The notes under the pieces are model-generated. The model saw only the letters and a list, made by a program, of their open reading frames with translations, was not told where the DNA came from and did no database searches. From an uncultured Phycisphaerales bacterium (lineage in GTDB: Bacteria > Planctomycetota > Phycisphaerae > Tepidisphaerales > Tepidisphaeraceae), in NCBI GenBank assembly GCA_963758525.1, contig CAVWVQ010000004.1, positions 96,001-160,000 of the forward strand: a stretch of DNA of 64,000 nt, in the 5' to 3' direction. Shown one piece after another: positions 20,644 through 30,288 of this stretch (within the stretch, counting starts at the first letter, position 1; each line of letters opens with the position of its first letter). Position numbers and translations under genes: made by a program.

Positions 20644-21420
20644 ATGAACATCGCCTGCTGTCAATTCGATATCGCCTGGGAGCAGAAGCAGACGAACCAC
20701 GACCGCGTGGCCGGGATGCTCCGCGCTGCCGGACTTCCCGCCGGGAGTCTCGTGCTGCTCCCGGAGATGTTTGCCACGGGGTTCAGCATGAACGTTGCCG
20801 GCATTGATGACGGCCCGAACAACGCAACCCGGGAATTTCTCATCGGACTCAGTCGCGAGTTGAAGCTGAACATTCTTGCCGGCCTGGTTCGGACCGGATC
20901 CGACGGCGCCGGGCGCAATGAAGCGATCGCAGTTGATCCTGAGGGCAATGAGTCCGCCCGTTATCAGAAGCTGCACCCCTTCAGTTTCGGCGAAGAAAAC
21001 AAGCATTACACGCCGGGGAGCAAGGTCGTCACGTTTCGCTGGAACGGGTTGTGCGTCTGCCCGCTGATCTGTTACGACCTGCGCTTCCCCGAGCCGTTTC
21101 GCGCCGCGGTCAAGCGTGGCGCGGACTGTTTTGCGATCATTGCAAACTGGCCTTCGGCGCGCGAGCAGCACTGGGTCACGTTGCTGCAAGCCCGTGCCAT
21201 CGAAAACCAGGCGTATGTCGCCGCGGTGAATCGTTGCGGCAACGACCCGAAATCAACGTACTCCGGGCGCAGCCTCATTATCGACCCGCGCGGCAAGATC
21301 CTCGCCGACGCTGGTGATGGACCAGGCGTCATCTCGGTGGATATCGATCGTGCCGCGCTCCTTGCGTATCGCGCCCAATTTCCCGTGCTCAACGACATAA
21401 GGAACGACTATGCGCTCTGA
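20644..21420 (+). CDS. carbon-nitrogen hydrolase (nitrilase superfamily, omega-amidase-like)
   Basis: Glu-Lys-Cys triad in LPEMF, YQKLH, ICYDLRFPE; ARAIENQ. Confidence 0.92.
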   Translation: MNIACCQFDIAWEQKQTNHDRVAGMLRAAGLPAGSLVLLPEMFATGFSMNVAGIDDGPNNATREFLIGLSRELKLNILAGLVRTGSDGAGRNEAIAVDPEGNESARYQKLHPFSFGEENKHYTPGSKVVTFRWNGLCVCPLICYDLRFPEPFRAAVKRGADCFAIIANWPSAREQHWVTLLQARAIENQAYVAAVNRCGNDPKSTYSGRSLIIDPRGKILADAGDGPGVISVDIDRAALLAYRAQFPVLNDIRNDYAL

Positions 21421-21429
21421 TGCTTCAGT

Positions 21430-21579
21430 GTGGCACGGGCATCTTGCCCGTGTTCGAGGCGCGGGTACGAAGAGAAACCCCGTTACAGAAGGTTTCTCTC
21501 TATTCCTGGACCGTCTGCACGAGCGCGACGCCGCCGTTTCGGCTCTCGCTTCAAATCACAGCCGAGACGGCCGTGCTAC
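21430..21579. repeat. family C REP-like pair (mixed subtypes)
   Basis: GTGGCACGGGCATCTTGCCCGTG (21430-21452) and CACAGCCGAGACGGCCGTGCTAC (21557-21579). Confidence 0.8.
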
Positions 21580-21624
21580 AGAGATGCCGTTCGATCCTGC
21601 TGTTATTACGCGGGTCCGCGAGTC

Positions 21625-22443
21625 ATGAGTCGAAAGCCCCGCCCGCCGCGCGACGCGTCGCGACGCTATCACGATCGCGTGGCCCGCCAATACGATTCGA
21701 TTTACGAAGACCCGTATTGGGAGTTTCACGACGAGCTCACCTGGCGGCTCATCAAGCCGTATCTCCCGACCGATCTTTCCGTCCCCTGCGCCGATCTGGG
21801 TTGCGGCACCGGCAAGTGGGGCCTGCGGCTGATCAAGAGCGGCTTTGCGGTAACGTTCGTCGACAACTCCGCGGCCATGATCGGCCAGGCGCGCGGCAAG
21901 CTCGACGAGATGGCAACCAAAGGCCAGCGCGGCACGGCGCTGGTTGCCGACATTGTCGATCTTGCAGCGATTCCCGACGAAAGCTTCGGTCTGGTGCTGG
22001 CGATGGGCGATCCGCTGTCGATCTGCTCGGACGCGTCGCGAGCCGCGCGCGAAATCCGCCGCATTCTGCGGCCCGCCGGGGTGGTGATCGCGACAGCCGA
22101 CAACCAGCTTGCGGCATTGGATCACTATGCCCAGCGCGGCAACCTCGATGAGCTGGAGGAATTCGTTCATCGCGGCACAACCCGCTGGCTCACCAACGAC
22201 GAACAGGAGCGCTTCGAACTGACGACCTTCACCCCCGCCTCGCTGCGGAAGCTTTTTGAGCACTCCGGTCTGACCGTTGAAAAGCTCACGGGCAAGCCGA
22301 TTCTCCCGGTGCGTCAATACAAAACATTGCTGGAGCAGCCCGGCGCCGTCGAGCGCCTGCTGCGGCTGGAAACAGAATTGAGCCGCGATCCCGCATCAGC
22401 GGCGCGAGCGGCGCATCTGCAGATCGTGGGAAGACGCGGGTGA
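21625..22443 (+). CDS. class I SAM-dependent methyltransferase
   Basis: motif I DLGCGTG, VDNS, RILRPAG. Confidence 0.88.
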   Translation: MSRKPRPPRDASRRYHDRVARQYDSIYEDPYWEFHDELTWRLIKPYLPTDLSVPCADLGCGTGKWGLRLIKSGFAVTFVDNSAAMIGQARGKLDEMATKGQRGTALVADIVDLAAIPDESFGLVLAMGDPLSICSDASRAAREIRRILRPAGVVIATADNQLAALDHYAQRGNLDELEEFVHRGTTRWLTNDEQERFELTTFTPASLRKLFEHSGLTVEKLTGKPILPVRQYKTLLEQPGAVERLLRLETELSRDPASAARAAHLQIVGRRG

Positions 22444-22498
22444 TTTAGCGGGTTTGGTACACCCTTGGGAACTCGCGCGCGGTGAGTCTTCCCGAACG

Positions 22499-22520
22499 CC
22501 GAGGGTGCTTGCACCCTCGG
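22499..22520. terminator. hairpin between convergent genes
   Basis: perfect 10-bp stem CCGAGGGTGC-TT-GCACCCTCGG, followed by ATTCTTATT on the plus strand. Confidence 0.5.
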
Positions 22521-22524
22521 ATTC

Positions 22525-24324
22525 TTATTCGTGCAGCGCCCCCAGATGCGCTTCTGCGACCTCCATCGCCTCGGCGTCGCTGTTCACAAACAAACCGCGA
22601 AGCTGTGCGTGGACGCGTTCGGCGGCGTGATGACAGAAGCGCTTGCCGGTGATGAGGTCGCGGCGAAGGTCGGGGTTGTGCCCGTTTCCGTCGGGGCCGA
22701 AGGCGATGAGCATTCCCTGCAGCTTGCTGATCACCGCCGCCGAGGCGTAGAGATCGGCGGCGCACCAGGCGACGCGCTCCTGGAGCAGTTGCATGTCGAG
22801 GATGCGTTCGCGATGCGTTCTCAGCAGCTTACTGATGGATCGCGCGAATGAGGTTGTCAGCTTGCCGAGCGTCTGTCCCTCGTGTGTCAGTTCGGAATGC
22901 AGCCCGGCGAAATCGTGTCCGATGAGAATGTCGTCCCACTGCCCGCGCGCGAAGTGCGCGAGGCGGCCGAAGTTGCCGACCGGATGCTTGGCCGCGCGCA
23001 GCACCTTCTCAAATTCTTCGCCGACGCCTTTCATCCCCACCAGCGCGATGAACGCGGTCATGACTTCGGTCGTCCCTTCGACGATGCGGTTGATCCGCGC
23101 GTCGCGGAGCATCCGCTCCAGACCGTGCTCGCGCATGTATCCCTCGCCGCCCCAGATCTGCACGGCATCGTCACTGATGCGCCAGAGCGCTTCGGAGCAG
23201 AAGAGTTTGGCGATCGCGGTTTCGAGCATCAGATCATCGGCATGCCGATCGACGAGGCCGGCGCAGAGATAGGTGAGCGCTTCCATCGCAAAAGTATCCT
23301 CGGCCATGCGGGCGATCTTCTGCTTGATGAGCTGAAACTCGCCGATGCTGCGGCCGAACTGACGGCGCGATTGCGCCCGATCGATGCACATTTCAAGCGC
23401 CACTTTGGCGCCGCCGACGCATCCTGCGCTGAGAGTGCATCGTCCGTAGCTCAGGACGCTCAAGGCAACCTTCAGCCCTTTTCCCACGCCGCCCAGGATC
23501 TGATCGGCCGGAACCGGCATGTCGGTGAATTCCAGGGTTCCCTGCCAAGTCCCGCGCACGCCGCACTTGCTCCGGTTGGGGCTCACGACGCGGAAGCCGC
23601 TCATGTGCGGATTGACGAGAAATGCCGTGACCTTGTCGCGCGTGCGGCCGTTCTCGGTGACGGATGTTTTTGCCATCACCGTCATCACTCCGGCGAGCGC
23701 CGAGTTGGTCGCGTACCGTTTGGTTCCGTTCAGCAGCCAGTGCGTCCCGTCGGCACTCCGTTTCGCGATGGTCTGAACGCCCGCCGCGTCCGATCCGACC
23801 TCCGGCTCGCTCAAACAAAACGCCGCCAGCATATCGCCGGATGCGAGCGACGGCAGATACCGCTGCTTCTGTTCCTCGGTTCCCATCAACACCAACGCCT
23901 TGAGGCCGATCGACTGATGAGCGCCCACCAGGACCGCCGTCGATGCGCAGTGTCCGGAGATGCGCTCCAGCACCCGGCAATACGCCGTGTGACTGAACCC
24001 GCCGCCGCCGTACTCTTTGGGAACGGTCATTCCCAGGACGCCGAGCTTTGCGAGCCCGCCAATCACATGTGGCGGAATGCGCTCCTCCGCATCGATCTGA
24101 TCCGCATTCACCTGGGCAACGAGAAATGCATCGACACGCGCGATCAACTCGTCGGTGCGCCGGGCCTCGTCTGCGTCCTGCATCGGATATGGCAAGACCT
24201 GATCCGATGACAGTCTTCCAAAAAAGATCGACTTCACGAAGCCCATCGGCCCCGATGGCGCGGATTCAAGAAGGTCCTGCGCTTTCTCAATCTGCTCCTG
24301 GTCGGCACGTTTGAAGGTTGGCAT
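22525..24324 (-). CDS. acyl-CoA dehydrogenase (long, ACAD9/VLCAD-like)
   Basis: AFCLSEPEVGSD, NGTKRYATN, RRQFGR, QIWGGEGY, RIVEGT; AGGAG SD. Confidence 0.93.
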   Translation of the reverse strand: MPTFKRADQEQIEKAQDLLESAPSGPMGFVKSIFFGRLSSDQVLPYPMQDADEARRTDELIARVDAFLVAQVNADQIDAEERIPPHVIGGLAKLGVLGMTVPKEYGGGGFSHTAYCRVLERISGHCASTAVLVGAHQSIGLKALVLMGTEEQKQRYLPSLASGDMLAAFCLSEPEVGSDAAGVQTIAKRSADGTHWLLNGTKRYATNSALAGVMTVMAKTSVTENGRTRDKVTAFLVNPHMSGFRVVSPNRSKCGVRGTWQGTLEFTDMPVPADQILGGVGKGLKVALSVLSYGRCTLSAGCVGGAKVALEMCIDRAQSRRQFGRSIGEFQLIKQKIARMAEDTFAMEALTYLCAGLVDRHADDLMLETAIAKLFCSEALWRISDDAVQIWGGEGYMREHGLERMLRDARINRIVEGTTEVMTAFIALVGMKGVGEEFEKVLRAAKHPVGNFGRLAHFARGQWDDILIGHDFAGLHSELTHEGQTLGKLTTSFARSISKLLRTHRERILDMQLLQERVAWCAADLYASAAVISKLQGMLIAFGPDGNGHNPDLRRDLITGKRFCHHAAERVHAQLRGLFVNSDAEAMEVAEAHLGALHE

Positions 24325-24393
24325 GGTGTTCTCCTGGCTCGATGAACCCGAATTGCCGGGGTACCGGCAAAGCGGGTTCATGAAACGATTCCT

Positions 24394-24495
24394 GCCGGGA
24401 CGCGCAGCGGAGCGCGTCGGACGGCGCTGTTTTTCATAGGACCGCTCGCCCTTCCACGGGCTCCGTGCGCGTTCCGCTGCGCATCGCGGCTAACC
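24394..24495. repeat. family D inverted pair spanning the fadJ stop codon
   Basis: GCCGGGACGCGCAGCGGAGCGCG ... CGCGTTCCGCTGCGCATCGCGGCTAACC; matches 35623-35707. Confidence 0.75.
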
Positions 24496-26920
24496 TTGGG
24501 TTCGATATCGTGTTCCCGCTTGACGGACCTGCCGACAGCGGCTGATTTCGCGTGGCGCACTCCCGCAACAGCGCTGCTGGCGCAAATCGGGATCCGAACT
24601 GTTTCTCCAGTGCTTCGAGTTTCTCGATCACCAGAGGGAGGCCCACCGCGTTGGCAAATTGAATCAACCCGCCACGGAACGGGGCGAGCCCGAGGCCCAG
24701 GACCGTTGCGAGGTCGATCGTCTCGGTGGAATCCGTGACATTTTCCTGCAGGACGCGAGCAGCTTCGTTGACCATCGGAAGCACCAGCCGCCAGGCGATC
24801 GCTTCATTCTCCTGCCTGTGGCTGGTGGCGGTGTCAGGACGCTGAACCGAAGCTGGTTCTTGAGTAATTTGCGAGTTCTGCAATCCCTCGGGAAAGCCGC
24901 CGCGCCGGCCCTCCCCCAGAGTACTACTGGGACATTCCATCTGAATTTGCGGGTCGGTCTCCTGTAGGGCGGGATTCATCCCGCCGTGGCCTGTGGTCTT
25001 ACAAAAGGCGCGGCGGGATAAATCCCGCCCTACGTTGTCCACCCGCATTTTCGACGGGAATGAACCGCTAGGGGAGGGGGAAGCCGGGGGTTGACCATCC
25101 GGCGGGGCGCTGGCCATCAGCGCCTGCTGAAGTTCCGCGTTGACTGTCAGCGGGTGCCCATGCGCGTGTTTTGCATCGTGCTCGTAAAATCCGCGGCCGG
25201 CTTTGTCGCCGAGCCAGCGGCGTTCGAGTGCCAGTTGAAGGGCAGGTGGCATTGGCGGCGGGTTGCGCAAGACGCTCCCAAGGGTTGCCAGCACGTGAGC
25301 CGCGACGTCGAGTCCGATCGTGTCGAGCAATTCGAAAGGCCCCATCGGCATGCCCCACTGCTTGAGCGCGGCGTCGATTCGATCGATGGGAACGCCTTCG
25401 CCTGCGACGGCCAGCGCCTCGGCGAGATAGGGGATCAGCACGCGATTGACGAGAAATCCGGGCGCATCCCGCACCAACACGGGCGTTTTACCCAACCGGC
25501 CCGCCAGCGTGGCGGCCGTCGCCAGCGGCTCTTCCCGGCTCTGGACGGTTCGCACGACTTCGACGAGCGGCATCTTCGCGACTGGATTGAAAAAATGCAG
25601 ACCGATCACGCGCTCCGGGTGCGCGGTGCTGCTGGCTATCTCCGTCACGCTCAGCGAACTGGTGTTGGTCGCGAGCACGGCGTCGGGCCGGGTCAGACGA
25701 TCCAGCTTCGCGAAGACTTCCTTCTTGGCTGGCATCTCTTCGAGGACGGCTTCGATGACCACATCCGCCAGGTGCAGTCCCGTCCAGTCGGTGCACGGCG
25801 CGACGCGGTTCATGGCGTTGCGTGCCGCCACGCGATCGAGCCGGCCGGCGGAGACATCATCGTCGAGCAGGCGTTTCACCCGCGCCAGACCCGCCGATGC
25901 GGCTTTGGCGTTCACTTCAACCAGCCGAACGTCGATCCCGGCACGCGCCAGCGCATGCACGATTCCCGCGCCCATCGTTCCGCCGCCAATCACGGCCGCC
26001 CGCTTCACCTCCGCCGGCCTGGCTCGCAATTGATCGGCGATCAGCCGCTTGGCGCCTTGTTTGAGGAAAAAGAGGCGAATCAGGTTTTGGCAGGTGTCAG
26101 TCTGCATTAGGTCAATTACCGCGGCGCGCTCCGCGTCGAAGCCGGCCATTTCTCCGTCGCGACAGGCGATTTGCACGACGTCGATCAGCCGCATGGGAGC
26201 GGGATAATGCCCCAGCGTCGTCGCGAGCGTTTCCCTGCGAGCGCGAGCCAAAATCTTGTTGCGAACGAACGGCATGCGCGCCGCGGTGTGATCCATCAGC
26301 GACAGACGCCGGTTGGGCCGCTCGCCCATCACGCGCCGCTTCGCCGCCGCGAGCAGTGCTTCGGGACGAACCACTTCGTCGACAATTCCCGCGCGCAGCG
26401 CCTTCTTCGGCGGCATGGTCTTGCCGGCGAGCAGCAACGGCAGAGCGCGCGTCAGTCCGATCAGGCGCGGCAAGCGCACCGTTCCGCCCCAGCCCGGCAG
26501 AATCCCGAGCTTCACTTCCGGCAAACCGATAGCGATCGAGGTATCCGCCGCCGCGATGCGCATGCTGCACGCCAGCGACAGTTCCAGCCCACCTCCCAGG
26601 CAATCTCCGTTGATTGCCGCGACCGTGGGCATCGGCAGATTCGCAATCCGCGAGAAGAGCGACTGCCCCTCGGCCAGAAACTGGGCCATCTGCTCTCGAT
26701 CCATCTTGCGGATCTCAAACAGATCGGCGCCGGCGATGAACGAGCGATTTTTCCCGGAGGCAAAGATCAACCCATGCGGCCCATCGCGCTCGACCTGGTC
26801 GAGGGCGACATTCAATTCCGCCATCACGCGAGGAGACAGCGTGTTGACGCCTTTGGCCGGTACGTCAATCCAGATCGTTGTGATCCAGTCGGAGTCAGTT
26901 GTCATGCGGAGCGTTTCCAT
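24434..26920 (-). CDS. fadJ: multifunctional enoyl-CoA hydratase/3-hydroxyacyl-CoA dehydrogenase (FadJ/FadB-like) with ~100-aa repeat-derived insert
   Basis: FIAGAD, GGGLE, GLPEVKLG, GGGTMG, HFFNP, PMGPF; insert at about aa 605-703. Confidence 0.92.
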   Translation of the reverse strand: METLRMTTDSDWITTIWIDVPAKGVNTLSPRVMAELNVALDQVERDGPHGLIFASGKNRSFIAGADLFEIRKMDREQMAQFLAEGQSLFSRIANLPMPTVAAINGDCLGGGLELSLACSMRIAAADTSIAIGLPEVKLGILPGWGGTVRLPRLIGLTRALPLLLAGKTMPPKKALRAGIVDEVVRPEALLAAAKRRVMGERPNRRLSLMDHTAARMPFVRNKILARARRETLATTLGHYPAPMRLIDVVQIACRDGEMAGFDAERAAVIDLMQTDTCQNLIRLFFLKQGAKRLIADQLRARPAEVKRAAVIGGGTMGAGIVHALARAGIDVRLVEVNAKAASAGLARVKRLLDDDVSAGRLDRVAARNAMNRVAPCTDWTGLHLADVVIEAVLEEMPAKKEVFAKLDRLTRPDAVLATNTSSLSVTEIASSTAHPERVIGLHFFNPVAKMPLVEVVRTVQSREEPLATAATLAGRLGKTPVLVRDAPGFLVNRVLIPYLAEALAVAGEGVPIDRIDAALKQWGMPMGPFELLDTIGLDVAAHVLATLGSVLRNPPPMPPALQLALERRWLGDKAGRGFYEHDAKHAHGHPLTVNAELQQALMASAPPDGQPPASPSPSGSFPSKMRVDNVGRDLSRRAFCKTTGHGGMNPALQETDPQIQMECPSSTLGEGRRGGFPEGLQNSQITQEPASVQRPDTATSHRQENEAIAWRLVLPMVNEAARVLQENVTDSTETIDLATVLGLGLAPFRGGLIQFANAVGLPLVIEKLEALEKQFGSRFAPAALLRECATRNQPLSAGPSSGNTISNPRLAAMRSGTRTEPVEGRAVL
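24924..25070. mobile_element. 144-bp MITE-like insertion with CTA duplication, containing a family B REP pair (24964-25033), inside a family A repeat, inside fadJ
   Basis: CTA at 24924-24926 and 25068-25070; 18/27 matching inverted ends; removal restores CCCTCCCCCAGAGTACTAGGGGAGGGGG. Confidence 0.75.
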
Positions 26921-26935
26921 TTCAGACTCCCGTGT

Positions 26936-28243
26936 TTAACTTCCCCGCTCCAACAAGATCGCCGCGCCCTGGCCGCCGCCGACGCAGAGGGCGGCGATGC
27001 CGCGCTCCAGATTGCGGCGGCGCATTTCGTGGAGCATTGTCAGGACGATTCGCGCGCCGGTCGCGCCGACTGGATGGCCCAGCGCGATCGCTCCGCCGTT
27101 GACGTTGAGCTTTGCCGGGTCGATTTCGCCCAGCGCCTCGTCCCGATTGAGATGTTCAACGGCAAATCGCGTAGAGCCACATGCCTTGAGGCAAGCCAGC
27201 ACTTGCGCGGCGAATGCCTCATTGATTTCGAACAGTGGAATATCCGCGACCGTGAGTCCGCTTTCGCGGAGCAACTGGTCGATCGCGTAGACCGGGCCGA
27301 GTCCCATGCGCGAGGGGTCGAGTCCCACGTAGGCGTACCCGCTGACGAAGCCGAGGACCTCGCTCCCGTTGGCTCGCGCCGCCTCGGCGTCGGCCAGAAG
27401 AAGCGTCGCCGCGCCGTCGGTGATCTGGCAGGAGTTGCCGACGGTGACAGTGCCGTCGCGACGATCGAAGATCGGCTTCAGCTTCGCCAGCGCCTCCAAC
27501 GTCTGACCCGGCCGGGGTCCGGTGTCGGCTGTGACCGGAGTGAAGCGATCGCCCGCGTAAAACGTGAACATCTCCGCGTCGAATTTTCCTGCTTCGGCGC
27601 CTTCCACAGCTCGCTGATGCGAGCGAAGCGCATATTCGTCCTGTTCGAGCCGGGTGATGCCCCATTCCTGAGCGAGCAACTCGGCGGTCTTTCCCATAAT
27701 CATGTCGCAGGTGGGATCAGTGAGCCCAAGCTCGAGGCCGGCGATCGGACGGAAGTGCCGGGGCCGCAGCATCGTTGCCGCCGACGCTTTTTGCATGAAG
27801 CTTTTCGCGCGGCCGAGCTGCGCCATGGGCTCCATCGTTTCGGCGGGGAAGAGCAGCGGAATATTGCTCATCGATTCGGCGCCTCCGGCAAGGATCGCCC
27901 TGCCGCGGCCGGTGCGGATGCGAGCAGCGGCTTCGGCGATCGCTTCCATTCCCGACGCGCAGTTGCGCTGCATCGTCAAACCCGGCACGCGCACCGGCAC
28001 GCCCGCCCAGATTGCCGCGACGCGTGCGAGATTCGCCGCGTCCACGGGCATCACGACGTTGCCGAGTATGACTTCGTCCAGGTCATCCGCAGGCCAGTTG
28101 GCGCGATAAAGCGTCTCTTGAATCGCCCGCTTCCCAAGGTCCGCGGCGTGAACCTCTTTGAGGGCTCCGCCGGATTTGGCGAACGGAGTTCGCGCGCCGC
28201 TGAGAATCGCCACGCGTCGATCGGACATGTTCCAGGCCACCAT
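26936..28243 (-). CDS. 3-ketoacyl-CoA thiolase (FadI/FadA-like)
   Basis: RTPF, RNCASG, NEAF, GHPVG, CVGGG; GAGGAG SD before ATG 28243. Confidence 0.95.
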   Translation of the reverse strand: MVAWNMSDRRVAILSGARTPFAKSGGALKEVHAADLGKRAIQETLYRANWPADDLDEVILGNVVMPVDAANLARVAAIWAGVPVRVPGLTMQRNCASGMEAIAEAAARIRTGRGRAILAGGAESMSNIPLLFPAETMEPMAQLGRAKSFMQKASAATMLRPRHFRPIAGLELGLTDPTCDMIMGKTAELLAQEWGITRLEQDEYALRSHQRAVEGAEAGKFDAEMFTFYAGDRFTPVTADTGPRPGQTLEALAKLKPIFDRRDGTVTVGNSCQITDGAATLLLADAEAARANGSEVLGFVSGYAYVGLDPSRMGLGPVYAIDQLLRESGLTVADIPLFEINEAFAAQVLACLKACGSTRFAVEHLNRDEALGEIDPAKLNVNGGAIALGHPVGATGARIVLTMLHEMRRRNLERGIAALCVGGGQGAAILLERGS

Positions 28244-28295
28244 TTTGCTGCTCCTCTTCACATGCGGGACAACGGCTTCCGACGATCAAAAACCA

Positions 28296-28337
28296 CCCTC
28301 ACCCCGACCCTCTCCCGGAGTACCAGGAGAGGGGGCA
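28296..28337. repeat. family A repeat, single copy
   Basis: CCCTCACCCCGACCCTCTCCCGGAGTACCAGGAGAGGGGGCA. Confidence 0.88.
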
Positions 28338-28344
28338 GGAGAGT

Positions 28345-30219
28345 TCACGAGTTCAAACGCGCCTCCGTATCTCCGTGCCTCCGTGGTGAACTCTTCTTGT
28401 GAGCACCGTTGCCATTCCCATTTCCGTTGACATTTGCAGCGGCGAGAGGCTCGACAAGCAGATCCTTCTTCAATAATTTCCCCAGCGGCGAGCGCGGCAG
28501 CGAGTCGATAAACCGAAATTCCGCCGGCACTTCGTAGGGCGCCAGATGCTCGCGGCAAAGATTGCGCAGGTCGCGCTCGAGCGCGTCGCGCCGATCCGCC
28601 GGCACTGCGCTGACGACGAAGGCGACGACTGTTTGCGTATGCACGATGTCGTCGCGCCCGACGACGGCTGCCTCGATCACGCCGGGGTGCGACTGCAGCA
28701 CTTTCTCGACGCGGCCGGGGAAAATCTTCAGACCGGAGCGAATGATCATGTCCTTCTTCCGATCGAGGATGACGAAATAGCCGTCCGGCTGCATGAGCGC
28801 CACGTCGCCGGTGTGCAGCCAGGTGCGCCCGTCGGGATCGACGGTGAGTGCGCGGCGGGTTTGCTCGGCATCACCGTAGTACCCGCGCATGACTTGGGGA
28901 CCGCTGATGAGCAGTTCGCCGGGCTCTCCGGCGGGCATCTCATGGTCGGGCTGCTCGGGATCGATAATTCGACATTGCGTATCCGGCATCGGCAGCCCGA
29001 TGGTGCCGTGACGCGACCCGCTGGCGAGATTCGCGTGCGTGACCGGAGAGGCCTCGCTGAGGCCGTACCCCTCGAAGACCTTCGATCCGGTGAGCTTCTC
29101 AAATCGCTCGGCAATTGCGATCGGGAGCGGCGCGGCGCCGCTGATGCAGATGCGCAATCCCTTCAAGCCGCGCGGTTGTTCTTCCTTCTCGATTTCATTG
29201 CTCAGCGCATCGCAAATGGCCGGGACCAATGGGAAGATCGTCGGACGCTCGCGGCGCAGCGTCTCCAGCGTTTCCTCGGCGCCGAAACGGGTCAGCAGCA
29301 CCAGCCGCGCCCCTGAGAAAATGCCGCTGAGCAGGCCGGTCGTCAGGCCGTAAACGTGAAACATCGGAAGGACGGTGAGGATCGTCTCCTGGCCCGGCTG
29401 GATCTTCATCCAGACGCAAATCTGCATCGCATTGGCCAGCAGATTGCGGTGGGAAAGCTCTGCGAGCTTTGGAGTGCCGGTCGTTCCGCCGGTGGGTTGC
29501 AACACCGCGGTGTCGTCCGGATCGGAAATGATTGTCGGCGGGCGCGCGGGAGCCTGCTCCAGCAGGCTGCTCAGTGTGTGGTGCCCAGCCGTGCCGCTGT
29601 GCCTTTCGCGTTCGTGCCACAGCTTGAATTGATAGCCGAGGCGTTTGAAGACGCCCTGGTAGTTCTGCAGGGAGACCCAGACAAATTGTTCGATGCTGGT
29701 ATTTTGGCCGATGCGATCGAGCGATTTCGCCTGCAGGTCCAGCCCGATGACAGCGCGCGGCCTGGTGATCTTGATGAGATGGGCCAGATCATCCGACCCG
29801 ACGAGCGGGCCGGCGTTAACAACGACCGCGCCAAGTTTTTGAATCGCGAAAAAACTGGTGACGTATTGCGGGCAATTGGGAAGCGTCAGCAGGACGCGAT
29901 CGCCCTTCTCGACGCCGAGCGAAGCAAGTCCGCCCGCCAGGCGATTCACGCGTTCCAGCAGTTGGCGGTAGTTGAATCGTTCGTTGTGATAAGCGATTGC
30001 CGATGAATCGCCGAAGCGATCGGCGGTCTGATCGAGGATGCGGCAGAGGGTTGTCGAAGGGTAGTTGAGTGAACGGGGGATCTGCGCCGCATCCAGGCTG
30101 GCGAACCACGCCGGCTCGGGGGCCGGCGCGGGATGTGGAGGCTCGGGAAACTGCGGCTGCACGGAAAGCAGGTGTTCGCCGTTTCTCCACCACCGCAGGA
30201 CTGAATCCACCGCCGTCAT
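28345..30219 (-). CDS. long-chain fatty acid--CoA ligase (FadD-like)
   Basis: QPTGGTTGTPK, EGYGLSE, WLHTGD, DRKKDMI, LPRSPLGK; CAGGAG SD. Confidence 0.93.
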   Translation of the reverse strand: MTAVDSVLRWWRNGEHLLSVQPQFPEPPHPAPAPEPAWFASLDAAQIPRSLNYPSTTLCRILDQTADRFGDSSAIAYHNERFNYRQLLERVNRLAGGLASLGVEKGDRVLLTLPNCPQYVTSFFAIQKLGAVVVNAGPLVGSDDLAHLIKITRPRAVIGLDLQAKSLDRIGQNTSIEQFVWVSLQNYQGVFKRLGYQFKLWHERERHSGTAGHHTLSSLLEQAPARPPTIISDPDDTAVLQPTGGTTGTPKLAELSHRNLLANAMQICVWMKIQPGQETILTVLPMFHVYGLTTGLLSGIFSGARLVLLTRFGAEETLETLRRERPTIFPLVPAICDALSNEIEKEEQPRGLKGLRICISGAAPLPIAIAERFEKLTGSKVFEGYGLSEASPVTHANLASGSRHGTIGLPMPDTQCRIIDPEQPDHEMPAGEPGELLISGPQVMRGYYGDAEQTRRALTVDPDGRTWLHTGDVALMQPDGYFVILDRKKDMIIRSGLKIFPGRVEKVLQSHPGVIEAAVVGRDDIVHTQTVVAFVVSAVPADRRDALERDLRNLCREHLAPYEVPAEFRFIDSLPRSPLGKLLKKDLLVEPLAAANVNGNGNGNGAHKKSSPRRHGDTEARLNS

Positions 30220-30288
30220 GGGCAAGCTCCTGTTCGAAACCGCCCTTCCCTGAGCTGTCGCTACGCCATTTGCGGAACCCTTTCCCTG

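Noticed and set aside
21430..21624. N-terminal extension of the methyltransferase through a family C repeat
   Set aside because: The GTG is part of the repeat itself; ATG 21625 gives a normal-length protein
24810..25110. Intein or intron in fadJ
   Set aside because: No intein terminal motifs or intron core; the insert is explained by DNA repeats
26171..28402. Long antisense ORFs (also 4633-6129, 13226-14950, 47247-49313, 52157-54085 and others)
   Set aside because: Shadows of well-supported genes, expected at high GC; no motifs
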